Below the pieces are notes generated by a model. The model was not told the origin of the DNA. It saw only the letters and a program-made list of their open reading frames with translations, and made no database searches. A stretch of 62,736 bases of DNA, the filler included, from Sphacelaria rigidula (lineage: Eukaryota), in the NCBI GenBank assembly GCA_964200075.2. It is 7 parts of 7 records of this genome, joined end to end, with 100 filler letters (N's around TTAATTAATTAA, not from the genome) between each part and the next. Parts side by side here need not be neighbours in the genome. Positions count along the whole stretch, not along the records: positions 8,978 to 17,854 come from CAXNAA020009861.1; positions 17,955 to 26,831 come from CAXNAA020009862.1; 5 more parts are not named here. One strand, given 5' to 3'. This document shows positions 11,782 through 24,077 of the stretch, piece after piece. Made by a program: the position numbers and the translations under genes. The stretch's first letter is position 1, and the number at the start of each line of letters is the position of its first letter.

Positions 11782-12664
11782 AATATATTTCGTGAAAACC
11801 TGACAATTAACTCTTCTTGTAGAATGATCCCTAGCTAACCATCTGTCTACTTATTCCTATGAGCTGAGGCGCTAGCGTGGAAGCGTTGTAGCTAGGCTAG
11901 AACCTTGCCTTGTGCTGGGGCTGCCTTGACCGGAATATATGCTCTGCCGGCCATGGACAAGAGGGAAAAAAGGCACCCTCAACCACACACCTTTTGCATT
12001 GTACTCTATCTAAAATAGAGACCCCGAAGAAACGAGAGGCAAGATCGCCTCAAGCTGTGGGGGAAAATACGTACGAGGAAGAACCTCGACCACCAGAAGA
12101 GTGAACACGCGCCTGTCGGCTTGTGACGTTTATACATACGCGTTATTTTCCATCGTGCGTCATCGCGATCATACGTCGCTTACGGGGTATATAAATTTTG
12201 TTTTCCCTCGCACAACCTTAACTCGTCATCATCGGGATCATCAACATACCCGTACCCGGCCATCCAGATCCCACATCTTACACAACAAGGTTCGTATCTA
12301 TAGCAGTGTGTGCAAACTAAACCCATCACCCTGTACCGCCGCAGTCTTTCATCCTCGCCCCTATTTTGTTTTGCTCACTGCCCAACTTCCTTTCAACTGG
12401 CCTTCATCCTCTCTCCAGGTGCCGGTACAAGTCTCTCATGTCCTCAGCTATCACGTACTTCTTCAGTTTCCTCGTGATCACGTCCAGGCGCCTGTCCAAG
12501 CCAGCTGGGATCATCTCCTCGAGCCTCCTGAACATCTTTCATAGGGTATACCATGCGGGGTGACTCCTCGATCATACTCGCATCGCCGATGTTGCCCTTT
12601 TCCGCTCATTCTAAGCCTTTTCAAAGCTCGCTCGGATGGCCGCAGTCTCAAATCACTTTCTTGT

Positions 12665-12912
12665 ACCGGTTGCCCCAGTGGCTCAGTTGGTAGCCTTGAC
12701 ACCTTCTGACGGTTGGGTCGTGGGTTCGATTCTCGGTGAAGTTACACGATCAGGGATCCCCCTCACACCACGCGCAACAGTGGAGACAACTATGTCATGT
12801 GTGCACAAAACTCGACTTTGCGGTCGACGAGGGAAAGAGACCGCTGAACCCCTCTCGCGATAAAAAAATAAGGCAAGCACCGCAGCAGGAACGTGGGATA
12901 CTCAGAACAAAA
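12665..12912 (+). mobile_element. tRNA-derived SINE, family A (3'-truncated copy)
   Basis: A box TGGCTCAGTTGG, B box GGTTCGATTC; body (cggtcgacgagggaaag...ccctctcgcga...aaggcaagcaccgcag) matches copies at 44305, 45997 and 53862. Confidence 0.8.
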
Positions 12913-15900
12913 CAATTGTGTTGGCGACTGCTGCCGAGATAGCACCCCCTCGAACCGGCCGAAAACGTGCATGGGGGCGATGATCATAATGCCGTTAGAG
13001 CTGGTTTCGTGCTGCACGAGGCTACTAATTTGGGCGTTATAGCTGATTTCGAACGGCTACACGCCTCTCATGTGGACGAAATTGCCGCAAATGACCTCAA
13101 TAGTGGGATCGTAGCCGATTTGTCGGACGATCCCCCGTGCACTTATTGTGGGGGGCCTATCTCGGCATTAGTCTGGCCTTCCTCCTCTGTGGCCCCGGCA
13201 TACGCGCCCACATATACCGGAAGGTGTAAACTTGCGTTCAGAACAGATGGAATGACAACACAGCACAATACACCTCTACACGGAGCTGTCGAGTTGGATG
13301 TTGCATCACCCTCCCGGTCGATCTCGAGGATGTATCAGCAAACTTTGGCTGTCACTTGATTAATGTATCCCCGGATTTGCCCGGCTTAAGATCGCTGACG
13401 AAAAGCCGTGTGCGTTGCTCATGTATGTCGATGTCTGACGCTTTTGCTTGACTATGGCTTTGCGCCTGGTGGGATCTCACCATTGTCCGCTGCGTGCTGA
13501 GTCGCGAAGTCGCATCTTGGCGCACACACCGTTCGTTGCGGTCAGAGTTCAATGCGTTGGGCGGAGGGAGGTTGACAGTGAAATCTCGAGCAAGCCGGCA
13601 GCATGTTTCTCACCTGACGGCGTCGTCAATGCATTTTCGTCCGCGAGATTGCTCGCTATACCATTCGTCCACGCAACGTTCATCCCTTGGGGTTGGGAAT
13701 AGCGTATGGACCAGAGTAAGAGTTTGCTGCTGCCTGCAACGCATAGTGATGCGTGCCATTACCTTGTCTGACCCGGAAATTCTTTCCGCATACCTCTAGA
13801 GCTCAATTACCCTCTACTTCTGTCACCCCGCTCTTAGCGCTGGCATCTATCAAAACGAAGAGGTCGCCGTTTTTCGGAAATCGGCTGGTGGTGCTATACA
13901 AATAAGTCAAGAACACGCCCTTTCATCTCGTGGCGTAAATGTGTTCGTGGGGACATAGTAGCTGAAGGCGGGGTAGCGTTCGATGTGCTTGGTACGGTGA
14001 AAGCCATTGGCATGAGACGCTCGCTAATGTACGCCCGCGTCCTCGTAGTCTTGTTGATTATTCATACCACTGCCTCAAAGTAGCTCCACGTGTTCTCTGT
14101 TTCATTCTCTTTTGGTCCTGTCCCCCTTCTAATGACGTCAGTATGTGGTGAACCTCCGCCCCTGTAGGATTGAGCTTCGAGCCCAAACACTGCCGATAGA
14201 GCCAGTCCACCAGTCTGGAGGTGGTGTCAATGATCCGACACAGTGTGGGTGCTACCCATTAGGTCATACCACTCGTCTCTGCGCGTGTGGTTATGTCGGT
14301 AGTTTTGCTCGTTGTGTTTGGGTTCCCCAGTACTACTGTCATCGGCGGGGCAACAGCAGGGGGCAGGGGAAAGGTGTACTGGTACTACTGGCGAGGTATT
14401 CAGTAACACCGTTCGTTCGACCTAATAATATCGACCAGAACTTCCCAATGGAGAGTGTGGGATTGCCAGTGTGTTGCTGATAAGCTTGGAGTTTCGATAT
14501 TTACGAGACCGGACCCTTGCAGCGGTATTGATCGCCATTGATCGCCATTGATGATTCTTGGCATCTACATGCGGTGTTGAATCAGGATCGAAGGGAGAAA
14601 TCGAAAGTGCTAGTGTTCACGGACGTACAACTCCTCATTCGTTGAAGAACGCGATATCTTTGGTCCACGCTACAATCTCATGACGGAATTTTACGTTTGC
14701 CCGTAGTAGCTCACGAAATATTTTTTCACTGTATTACTTTCCATCCAGCACTGATCCATCATTTCATATCCGCGTTTAGAACTCCCAATGCTATGTGGGA
14801 ACATCCGTCTTCGTAGACAACCGCACGTTGACGCATGTCGCCACCCTTTCCGTCCAGGTGGTTCTAGACAAGACTGTGCGCGAGATTTTGATGCGAGAGG
14901 GGGTTGCGCCCATTTCCGCTAAGGGTTTCTACGACCACTTTGCCAACGGGGAGAACGGGGCCAGAGTCTACGATGACATCAACTTTATTCGAGGAATCGA
15001 AATAGTAACCGAAATAGACAAGCTCGTCACTGAGAATGACGACAGTATTAATCGGTGAGTGAAGTTCACTATGAGACGACATGGGACATCTTGGCCGGGA
15101 GCAAGTCTTGCTCTCACGAGAATACACAGAATCTGAGGGTCTGGTTTTCAGTACAAAACTCATGCGTAGCCCTACGTATCAGCCAGAGTAGGCACGGTTG
15201 CGGTATCGTCGATGCGGGATGGATTCACACCGCCGATACTACACTGGTTCACAGAGTGTCACAGGAATATTACGGAACACAGGTGCATACAGCATCTTTA
15301 AAAAGTATCCCATGTGCCCTAATAGATCATCAAGTTCCAAAACAAAAGTCGACAGGCTGCGTCGCGAGATCCAGACAATCACCCGAATTACCGCTGCGTA
15401 TGCGACTATAATATGTACAATTTTCACATACATTTGCACATAATGTGTTCAAGAAACGAATAATAGTGCATCTCATGATGACGATAAAACCATCTCAACA
15501 ATCATGAAACCGGCGAGTAGGCTTCTTCATACCGCTAGCTGACCACGACATGATTCACAGGCCGTGTCCTGTCACAAGGGAGAGCGTATCGCGTATAAAA
15601 CCTGGAGAAATGCTGAGCCGTCCCACCGCCATAGTATTGTTGGCCCGAAATTCCACGCTTCCTGACTTCTCCGCAACCTTGAGGGGCAACCGCTTCACCT
15701 GCTAGTGATGGACCCATGAACGTACACGCAGGCAATTTGTGTTCCATGAAGCAGCACTATCATATATATGGTTTCAACCGTCCACATGATCACATAGTTC
15801 GAGTTCGACCCAATGAAGACACAACACGCTGTCATGCCCGGGTAACCGCTTTTAACCAGGTTTTCACCAAGCAAAGCCATTTCCCAAATTAAGCAAAGGG

Positions 15901-17854
15901 CCCGACGAGCCAGTTGCTTCGATCAGAAGACGATTACACCAGGCCAGAAGAAGGCAAGGGAAACAGTAAAGTGCCCAATATAGTATACGACTATGTGTAT
16001 ATATTGTTTGGTCAAAGGCTTGGCTCCGTTTCTATTGAAGTACAACATCGAACTGAAATACACGCTTCGTGACAAGGGCAAAAGGAAATTTGTCGCGAGT
16101 TTTCGCGACACCCTCAGCCTTTGGGGGTGATTGCTTTGCTGTTTCACCCATACAGCTGATGAACCGCGCATCCTGTACACATAATTAGATGCGAATGCAA
16201 CAACTACGAATCTCCCCTATGATGTACACTCCTCACCCGCGTGCCAATCTCGTCGCCCAGCCTATCGCTGCGGTAACTGGGAACATGACTTGATCTGCCA
16301 CTACAGAAAGTATCACACTCTAGTGGAATGTCTTCTAAAATGGCGACCCTTGGTTATCTCAAAACGATTCCGTGAAGCTTTTTTTTTTAATATTCCGCGT
16401 TGAAAAGGGCACGATATATTGAAATGTCTCACGCATCTTGTACCGAGACCATCGTCAGTGACGAGCCCTTTCCCTGACCGTCACTTCCACACTCAGGTGT
16501 GGGACCGCAACAAATATATTCCCACTGTCGTGTACTACTCCCGGATTGACGCCGGACAGCCGAGAATCAGCCCAAAGGCGGGAAATATGAATCGGTGCGT
16601 GCAGAAAAGGTAACGTAGACTATACCTCCCTACTAGAAATAAATAGAAGCCCTGGAAAAAATTATACGCACACTCTTGTTCGCTTGTCGTATGTTAATAC
16701 GGTTGGCAATAATGTGTTTGTTGCTGAGACAGAAAAAATCAGGCTCGCGTTGATGATAGCTTGTGTTATTTCGCTTAATCCTCTCGCATGAAACGGTCAA
16801 GACGACGCAAACCAGTAGTGTCCAGAGTTGACCACGGTCCAACTGAGTAGAACTCTAAGCTGGAGAAATATACCACAACGGGGCTAGGAGCTTTGATTTA
16901 CGAGCTTGCAAAGCAGCCATGGATTTCACAAGGCTACCATGACTCCTATTTCTCGCAGATAACGCAAGGTACCACCTTACCCATGCGCCACAATTCTTCG
17001 CCTGGCCCCGCTCCTGGTGATACGAGCGGGAGGGTGTGACAAGATACATAATTGAATCACATCAAGATGCCTGACGAACAAAAGAGCATGATGCATGGTG
17101 CTCCCTCGTTCGATATATGACAGTACCGAATCGCAGAGGGATGTTCAAGGCCGGATATTTTTGCGGTCAGATGTGCTGCAGTCGTACCGCCATTTTCACC
17201 GCATGCGTGAGGCGAAGTAATGCTTTGAAGTCGCTGAATCGGCGCCAGTTTTGTGATCCCTACCTCGCATCTCAAACAAGTGTTTGCTGACTATCGCTCG
17301 CTGTCCAGTGAGATCACACTCTGTGGGGGTGGGGTAGCACTTCGGCCCGAGCATGTATGACTCCACACGTATTGTTGAGAAAGAAATATGAAAAAGGTTT
17401 GCCGCTTGCAGGATCCTGCCCATGATCTGGAAGGGCGAATTGATCACGATCGATTTTTAGTAGGGGTGGTGTCGGTTGTTCAGCGAGGGAGGACAGAATG
17501 TTCCGTCGGAAATGGTTGTGGTCACTGCATCATCGGCACACATAGTAGGGGAAAATCGGTCAACCAGAACATCATATAAGCTCATTGCAAAAAAGCAGGG
17601 CCCGAACTACATGATAGATCCAACTTTGTTCAGTGCTGATAGCGGGGACGCAGACTGAAGCAACCTTGGATGAGACGAAGCTTGTCTCCTCCAACGCAGA
17701 CTTTGTCCGTAAAGCCCTAAGTCTTTGTAAAATGGACTTGGATGGCATACGTAGTATACCATGTACTCTGCCAATTAGGTAGATTCAGCGGTAGGCACGA
17801 TTTGTGAGGAACGTTCCAGGACCAAGAGGTTTCGAGAAAAAGAGACTTCGAGAA

Positions 17855-17954
17855 NNNNNNNNNNNNNNNNNNNNNNNNNNNNNNNNNNNNNNNNNNNNTT
17901 AATTAATTAANNNNNNNNNNNNNNNNNNNNNNNNNNNNNNNNNNNNNNNNNNNN
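17855..17954. other. Artificial contig linker
   Basis: N44-TTAATTAATTAA-N44. Confidence 0.97.
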
Positions 17955-18815
17955 ATTGTAGGGATGCGAGGTCAATGGTCTGATGACTATGGCATGCATG
18001 ATCATGAGTACACCCCTATCATAGCATGACTCGTACGTAGAAGTATCATTTCTCAAGCTTAACAAATAAAGAAACACAAATCCCGTGAAATGGATTGCAC
18101 ATAAAAATGTACGCCAGGAAATGGAATGAAAACCAAAGTGCATGAAATTAAGCGCAAAAATGTCACGAACAATAATAGCGAGTTTTCCAAGCACGTTTTC
18201 ATCTGATAGAGTAACATATTTTTTGTCAGCGTGCATGTCTGATGAATTTGACCCCTCCGAACTCTCGCAGGACCTCTCTCATCATTTTAAGGTCCGCACA
18301 TATGTGTTGTGTGCGGGTGAAAAGAAAAGGAGGGTTCGAAAGGATTTGCTTTATGAGGGATCTACGCAGATAAAAATTGATTGGGTTGACCAAAAAGAAA
18401 GCACTTCCGAAACTGATCAATGACAGCTGACAACATAGAATTTTCCTGATGGAATTTCCGACTGTTGTTGTTGTTGAATTCACCGCCCTCTCCTTCGCTA
18501 CGCTGTGTTTATCTTATTTCCCCGCCTCTGGCCCCCACCCGTTCCGACACTACGCCAGTACTGCTCCAAGTTTTGCTCGGGGTACCCATACTTCGGGACT
18601 GAATTCTCCAAGGGTGAGTGAGAGGGGCACTGAGGACTCTCGTTGTATAGGAACATGCGTTTTGTTGTGTGTGTCGATTTGGTACCGAGAAGAATGAATG
18701 CTGTGTTGTTGAAGGCTACGTCCATACAGGAATCGTTGCATGGTTGCACTTGAGAGCTGTGCCGACACGTCTCGGGGTCTCTCGGGTAGCTTGCCTCGGT
18801 GCTCGCTCCGTACAA

Positions 18816-19470
18816 GGCAGCCCCGCCGACCTTCGCGAAGTCCTCTAATCCGTGAATGTGAAAGGTCAGCTTGTACTTTGCGCAGAGTTATCATGATCAC
18901 ATTGCGATACACGCGAAAAATTGGCCCTCAAGAAACGCCGACTGAATAGTGACCAGAACATTGGATTCCTGGTGGACACGTAGGCAACCTCTATGTAAAT
19001 GCACGGAATCAGTTATACTTTGTTCGGAATTGATACATGGCAGCCCCGCCGATCATCGCAAAGCCCTCTAGTCCGTGAATGTGGAAGGCCAGATTACACG
19101 TTGCAAAAATGTATCATAATCGCATCGCGATACACGCGAAAATGGCCCCTCAAGAAACGCCGATTGAATAATGACCAGAACATTAGATCCCTGGTAGAAG
19201 CGCATGTAGCCCCAACATGCACGAATCAGTTGCACTTTGTTCGGAATTGGATACATGGCAGCCCCGCCGATCATCGCAAAGTCCTCTAAACCGTGAACGG
19301 GAAAGGTCAGGTTATACGTTGCGCAACTGAATCATGATCACATTGCGACACACGCGAAAATTGCGCCACAAGAAACGCCGACTGAATAATGACCGCAACA
19401 TTGAATCTCTGGTAAAAACGTATGTAACGTCTGCATCCACGGATCAGTTGTAGTTTGCTCGGGTTTGGAT
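18816..19470. repeat. Three tandem copies of a ~220-bp unit
   Basis: Units start GGCAGCCCCGCCGA at 18816, 19039 and 19257 and share acacgcgaaaa..caagaaacgccga.tgaata.tgacc. Confidence 0.9.
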
Positions 19471-20465
19471 GGTCTGATGTACTGTAATGCGTACAGATTC
19501 CTGATATGTCTGGTAAAGCAAATACTCTCCATACCGCCGGCCTCCAAACTCACCATCCTCCATGCAGACGGGATTTTTTCAAGGAGTCACGGCACGCACA
19601 TGTGCACCAAGGAAGCCGATAGTGCTAGAAAGTGGTTTTGCTCCCTGTACTGGCTTTTCCTGCTTCCTTAGTACATATTTCCGCCCCCTTCCATAGGCCA
19701 TTTTTAGGAAAGTTGGCTCATCATGGGTTGTCAGTCGGTCACTATCCAGAAAGAGTCAGGGGTAGTTTCGCCGATTGATGAGAAAGCGAACGTGATACCG
19801 CGGATTTTGTGCCAAGATGCAACCTATTTGGATTTCGCGTGTGCTTTGGTCAGAGTGCTCACTTCGTCTCCACGTTGATATGGTGTACTCTATCAAGTGC
19901 GCTGACCAAGTAATTCGCACACCCCATCTCTAGGTTGAAATAAAATCGCCTGATGGTTCCCTTTTCGGGATATGGGGATGCGAAAGCAGTGTAAGTAACC
20001 AGGTTGATCCTTCCTCCCCACTTTGAACACACATATATATTTCTTTCAATTACTCATTGAATTCATGTATGTTATTGCTATTTATTCATTCGCTCTATTC
20101 ATGTGGTTTTCGTGAATGCCTTTGTTCATTCATTTTCCCATCCTGAAGGGCTGAGACATCCTCTCACAAACATGAGATCACAGCGTATACACATATTCGT
20201 CCATCTATCTGCTCACCCATATTCCTATATATATATATATATATATATACATCTGTTCGTACCTTCATATATTAACATATATTAACCATCATCTACGAAC
20301 TATATACATCTAGTTATGGTTTCAGGGAAAAAAATGAATTTCGGTCGATTTCTTCGCACATCCACCACAACTATCTCCCCCGTCACCATCGTACCAACCT
20401 CCACACTCGTAACCCAACCCCGTCCACACGCGCGCCGTGAATCACCCCCCCTCGCAATCCATCAG

Positions 20466-20593
20466 AATGTTTCTGCGGCGACAAGCCTCCAACGATAACG
20501 GCCGACAACTGCAACTATCCCTGCACCGGTAAAGCCGGGTACGCTTGCGGGGGTCGAAATGCCATCTCCGTCTTCAAGAGGGACGGCGGCGGC

Positions 20594-20627
<34 letters not shown>

Positions 20628-23478
20628 GTGGTGGTGGCGGTGGCGGTGGCGGTTCGGGTGAATCACTGGGCTGCTGGGCCGACGGGGCTGACCGCATCAT
20701 GACCCTGGCTTTCAAGGCCGACAACTCCAAGATGACTCCTGAGGTAAAGTGTACAGGGCGTGATATTATTATTGCGTTTTGGTTGTTGATTGAGATGCGT
20801 TTTTTGTTGTTCCGCCGTGCGGGCATAGTGTTGCTAGGCATGATCTCCAATTCCCAGTCCTAGCTCCGTCTCTGTATCTATCTGACCCCAGTGCTTCGAA
20901 TCTGACGATACAGCATATTCCACGTCGTAAATCCAAGATGAGTCCTGAGTGCGGAGATCACACCGGAGGCTGCTGATGCTTGTAACTGTAGAGCTCGGAA
21001 ATGGTACCCGTATGAACTGGCCATTATCATTATAACCATTACCGGCTACGTATGCTACATACAGCCCTTGAAAATTGGCCCAAATATAACGTATTTTTTA
21101 GCTCTAGTAAAGCCAAATCGTGTAAAGAGGTGCCTCCGGCACGGCGCTTCCGGCGGGGCCCCCTCTGCCGGGGGAAGCGTTTTGGCTCGCGGCTGCACCG
21201 CTCGATGACCAAACAATTATGTACCATTTAACTGGTTAATGAGTGCGCTACGCGTAAGCCTTTAACTTGTTAATTTCTTGACAAGCCATATCCGAGCTCA
21301 AGTATATGTAACCCTCGCCCATAGCCCAGACTTTAAAGCCTACTGCTGGGCACGGGGACGAGGAAAGTTGACCAGGACACCCTACGTCGAGCCGCACCCC
21401 ATGGTCGACCTGTTGCACCAACGACCAGTTTTTGGCAGACTTCGCGCATTCGAGTCCCGGAGTGGTGCTCCGTTGGAGTGTACAAGCATTATCTGAGGTT
21501 CGAATCGTTAGGAGCCCTTTATCTCACCCCAAAAATGGCTCATGGAATATTTAAAGCTAGGGTTAACCTGAATGAATTTTGGAACGTTGGGTGTCCTGAC
21601 CAACATTCTTGTGTAGCTCCGGACGTTTGGAGCCCCTGAATGAGGAAGACCTGGGCTCAAATGTGCAATTCCTACCGTAGCATGGCTCCCCGGCAGACAT
21701 GAGCATATATTTCGAAAGAAGAGAAGGCGCCCCCCCCTTTTCCTAGATCAATTTAGTTCTCTTGATGAACCTTGCGGCTACAGCTTGATGGATGGTCGAT
21801 TGTCTCACACGAACTGACTCGCTACACATCCAGCGGTAGTCACAAGATGGGCGGATCCCGAGATATACGAATAGACGGAAACATTCGCTTGGGAAAGGTA
21901 TGTTGGGTATACCGTGCCAATCGCCTTCAGCGTCAGCTATCTTGGAACAAAGATAGAAACATGATACGGTCCACAAAAAGGAGCCAGTTTCGACGAGGCC
22001 ATGTTTCCGCCGTCGGGCGCTCGCTGCAGAACTCACAAATGGCTTGACACTCCCTTTGTATCGTCATCCTCTAGGCAGTAATTGTCACTCTTCGGTTGTG
22101 TCTTGTCTAAGACAGCGAATCTCAGTACAGATGCGAGCACTTGGGCAGCTGGCTGTCGGGACGGCTTCATCTTACTGTTTTCGTTCTTGAAACTATTTAT
22201 CTATTCATTGGTTTTCAGGGGTGAGTTTGTCCGGTAAACCGATCACACCTCAAAACGATAACGACGCGCCGCCGCTGTTAATTCGCAGCTAGCTAGATCC
22301 GGTGCACGGACGTGATATCATCGTAATAATCAGAATCAGCTAGTGTGCGAAACTCAACCGCTGTAGTACCCGCCTTAATCCTCCTTCGCCCTCCTTGCAT
22401 TCCTTTGTCCCGCGTCGCCGCTGTTTTACTGCCGTGCCGTGCTTGTTGGAAATTCTTCGCAGTTCTGCCACGACTACTGTGAGGGCGAGGGTGCCTCATT
22501 CTTCGGCGTCGAGTTCGCCTACCAGTGAGTTGCTACGCAAATATGAGTCATGCGACGGTGGGGGGGAGGGGGATTTTGGGCCATTTCTTGCACGAAATTC
22601 CGCGTCAACTCGTCGCCGAGAGCAGAAAGGGTTCTTCGAACGCTCTTGTTATCGATAAAGAACGGTCGTTCATACTGCTTGACGCATTTAATTCCACTCA
22701 AAAACAAGTGCAGCGCGACTGTGTTAGGTAGTCTGACACACCTAAAAGCCCTTTTGTTCGCGGAATCATCCCCCATCCCCCCCCACCCTTCCCCCCCGCA
22801 AAAGGGATGCGTGGTCAATGGTCAAACGACTAAGGCAAGCGACAAATGAGTACGCCCCCCCCCTCTCCCTCCTATCGTAGCATGATTCACGTATATAGGC
22901 TGTTTCTTTCACCAAGGGATCAACCAGTCCCCAAAGTCATCACTCATTTTGTGGAAGTCATTGTGCCGTGTACTTGGTTTTAACTCTAGTATCGCATGGA
23001 ATTTTGCTTTTGAGGCCACATATACTTTCTTACTTTGCGCGTTCTGAACGCATGCGTTCCTAGTTCACTTTCCCTAATAACGCGAGAACCTCGAGATACC
23101 TTGTAGTCTCGACCATCACACGAACGCGACGCAGAAAGAAATAAAATGAGTCCTCAAACACTTTTGTGTAAATATGAGAGCTGTTTTCGGTGTCTCGGAA
23201 CCAATTTGTTTCAAGTTTATTAATTTGAACGGAGGGCGCGGAAACGGTCGCTGCTAGAACGGAGCCGATCCCGCTCGGCACGCTCACTACTCCGTGCGCA
23301 CACGTATGTTGTGGTGAAGAAAGTGGATACACTACAGTACTGATGGGGTGGCTGCTAAAACTGTTGGAATGACCATGTCTCAGACATATCTTGCATGAAA
23401 ATGCTGTGCAGAAATTGTTTTACAGCGGTCAAAGACTTTCCCAGTTCCGCGCGCCCACACCCTGGGAAACCAAGGATG

Positions 23479-23510
<32 letters not shown>

Positions 23511-24077
23511 TTCCTCTGTCCCATGAGTCTGGTCGGTTATGTTTGTACGAGCCCTTAGCCGTGTCCGATCTGATTTTCGATGTTTTTTTTTTCGATTTCT
23601 CTTCTGTGTTTTGAGTCAGGACCATATCTCTTTTTTTTCCAGCTAGCTGTTGAACTCTGCGACCGAACAATCACAAAAAAAATCAGTCGGCCCCAAAATG
23701 GTCGTATTTTCGTCCCTCTCTCAGGGGCAAAAAAAAGTGCCAGGAAAAAGAAGTGGTCGGTCGAGGCAATTTCTGGTCGTCTCGTCCACCTGATCGCACA
23801 TGAAATCGATTCGGCGAAGCTTCTGGGCAGGGAAAAGGGTGGGTTTGATGCGGCGAGCCACCTTTGCCGCCCCTTCTTTCTTGAATCACCCCCCGCACGG
23901 TCTTCGTACCTATATGTTATGTGTCCTTGTGTCTGTCTGTCCAGGTGCTTCTGTTCGGCTGATGACATGTTCATGGAAAAATCTCCCATCTCCAACAGCA
24001 AGTGCAACATGGCGTGCTCCGGAGACAGCTCCGAGAAGTGCGGCGGCAGAAACGCCATGAACGTTTACGAAATTTGA
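20466..24077 (+). CDS. WSC-domain protein (at least two WSC domains joined by a Gly23 linker), last three exons
   Basis: Exons 20466-20743, 22463-22524 and 23945-24077, all GT-AG and phase-compatible: CFCGDKPPTITADNCNYPCTGKAGYACGGRNAISVFKRD-G23-SGESLGCWADGADRIMTLAFKADNSKMTPE|FCHDYCEGEGASFFGVEFAYQ|CFCSADDMFMEKSPISNSKCNMACSGDSSEKCGGRNAMNVYEI*. This is the 8-Cys WSC pattern. Confidence 0.9.

Noticed and set aside
12665..12735. Functional tRNA gene
   Set aside because: No proper cloverleaf, and it continues into a conserved body shared by dispersed copies, so it is a SINE head.
20515..20850. Minus-strand poly-proline ORF
   Set aside because: Antisense shadow of the poly-Gly WSC exon.
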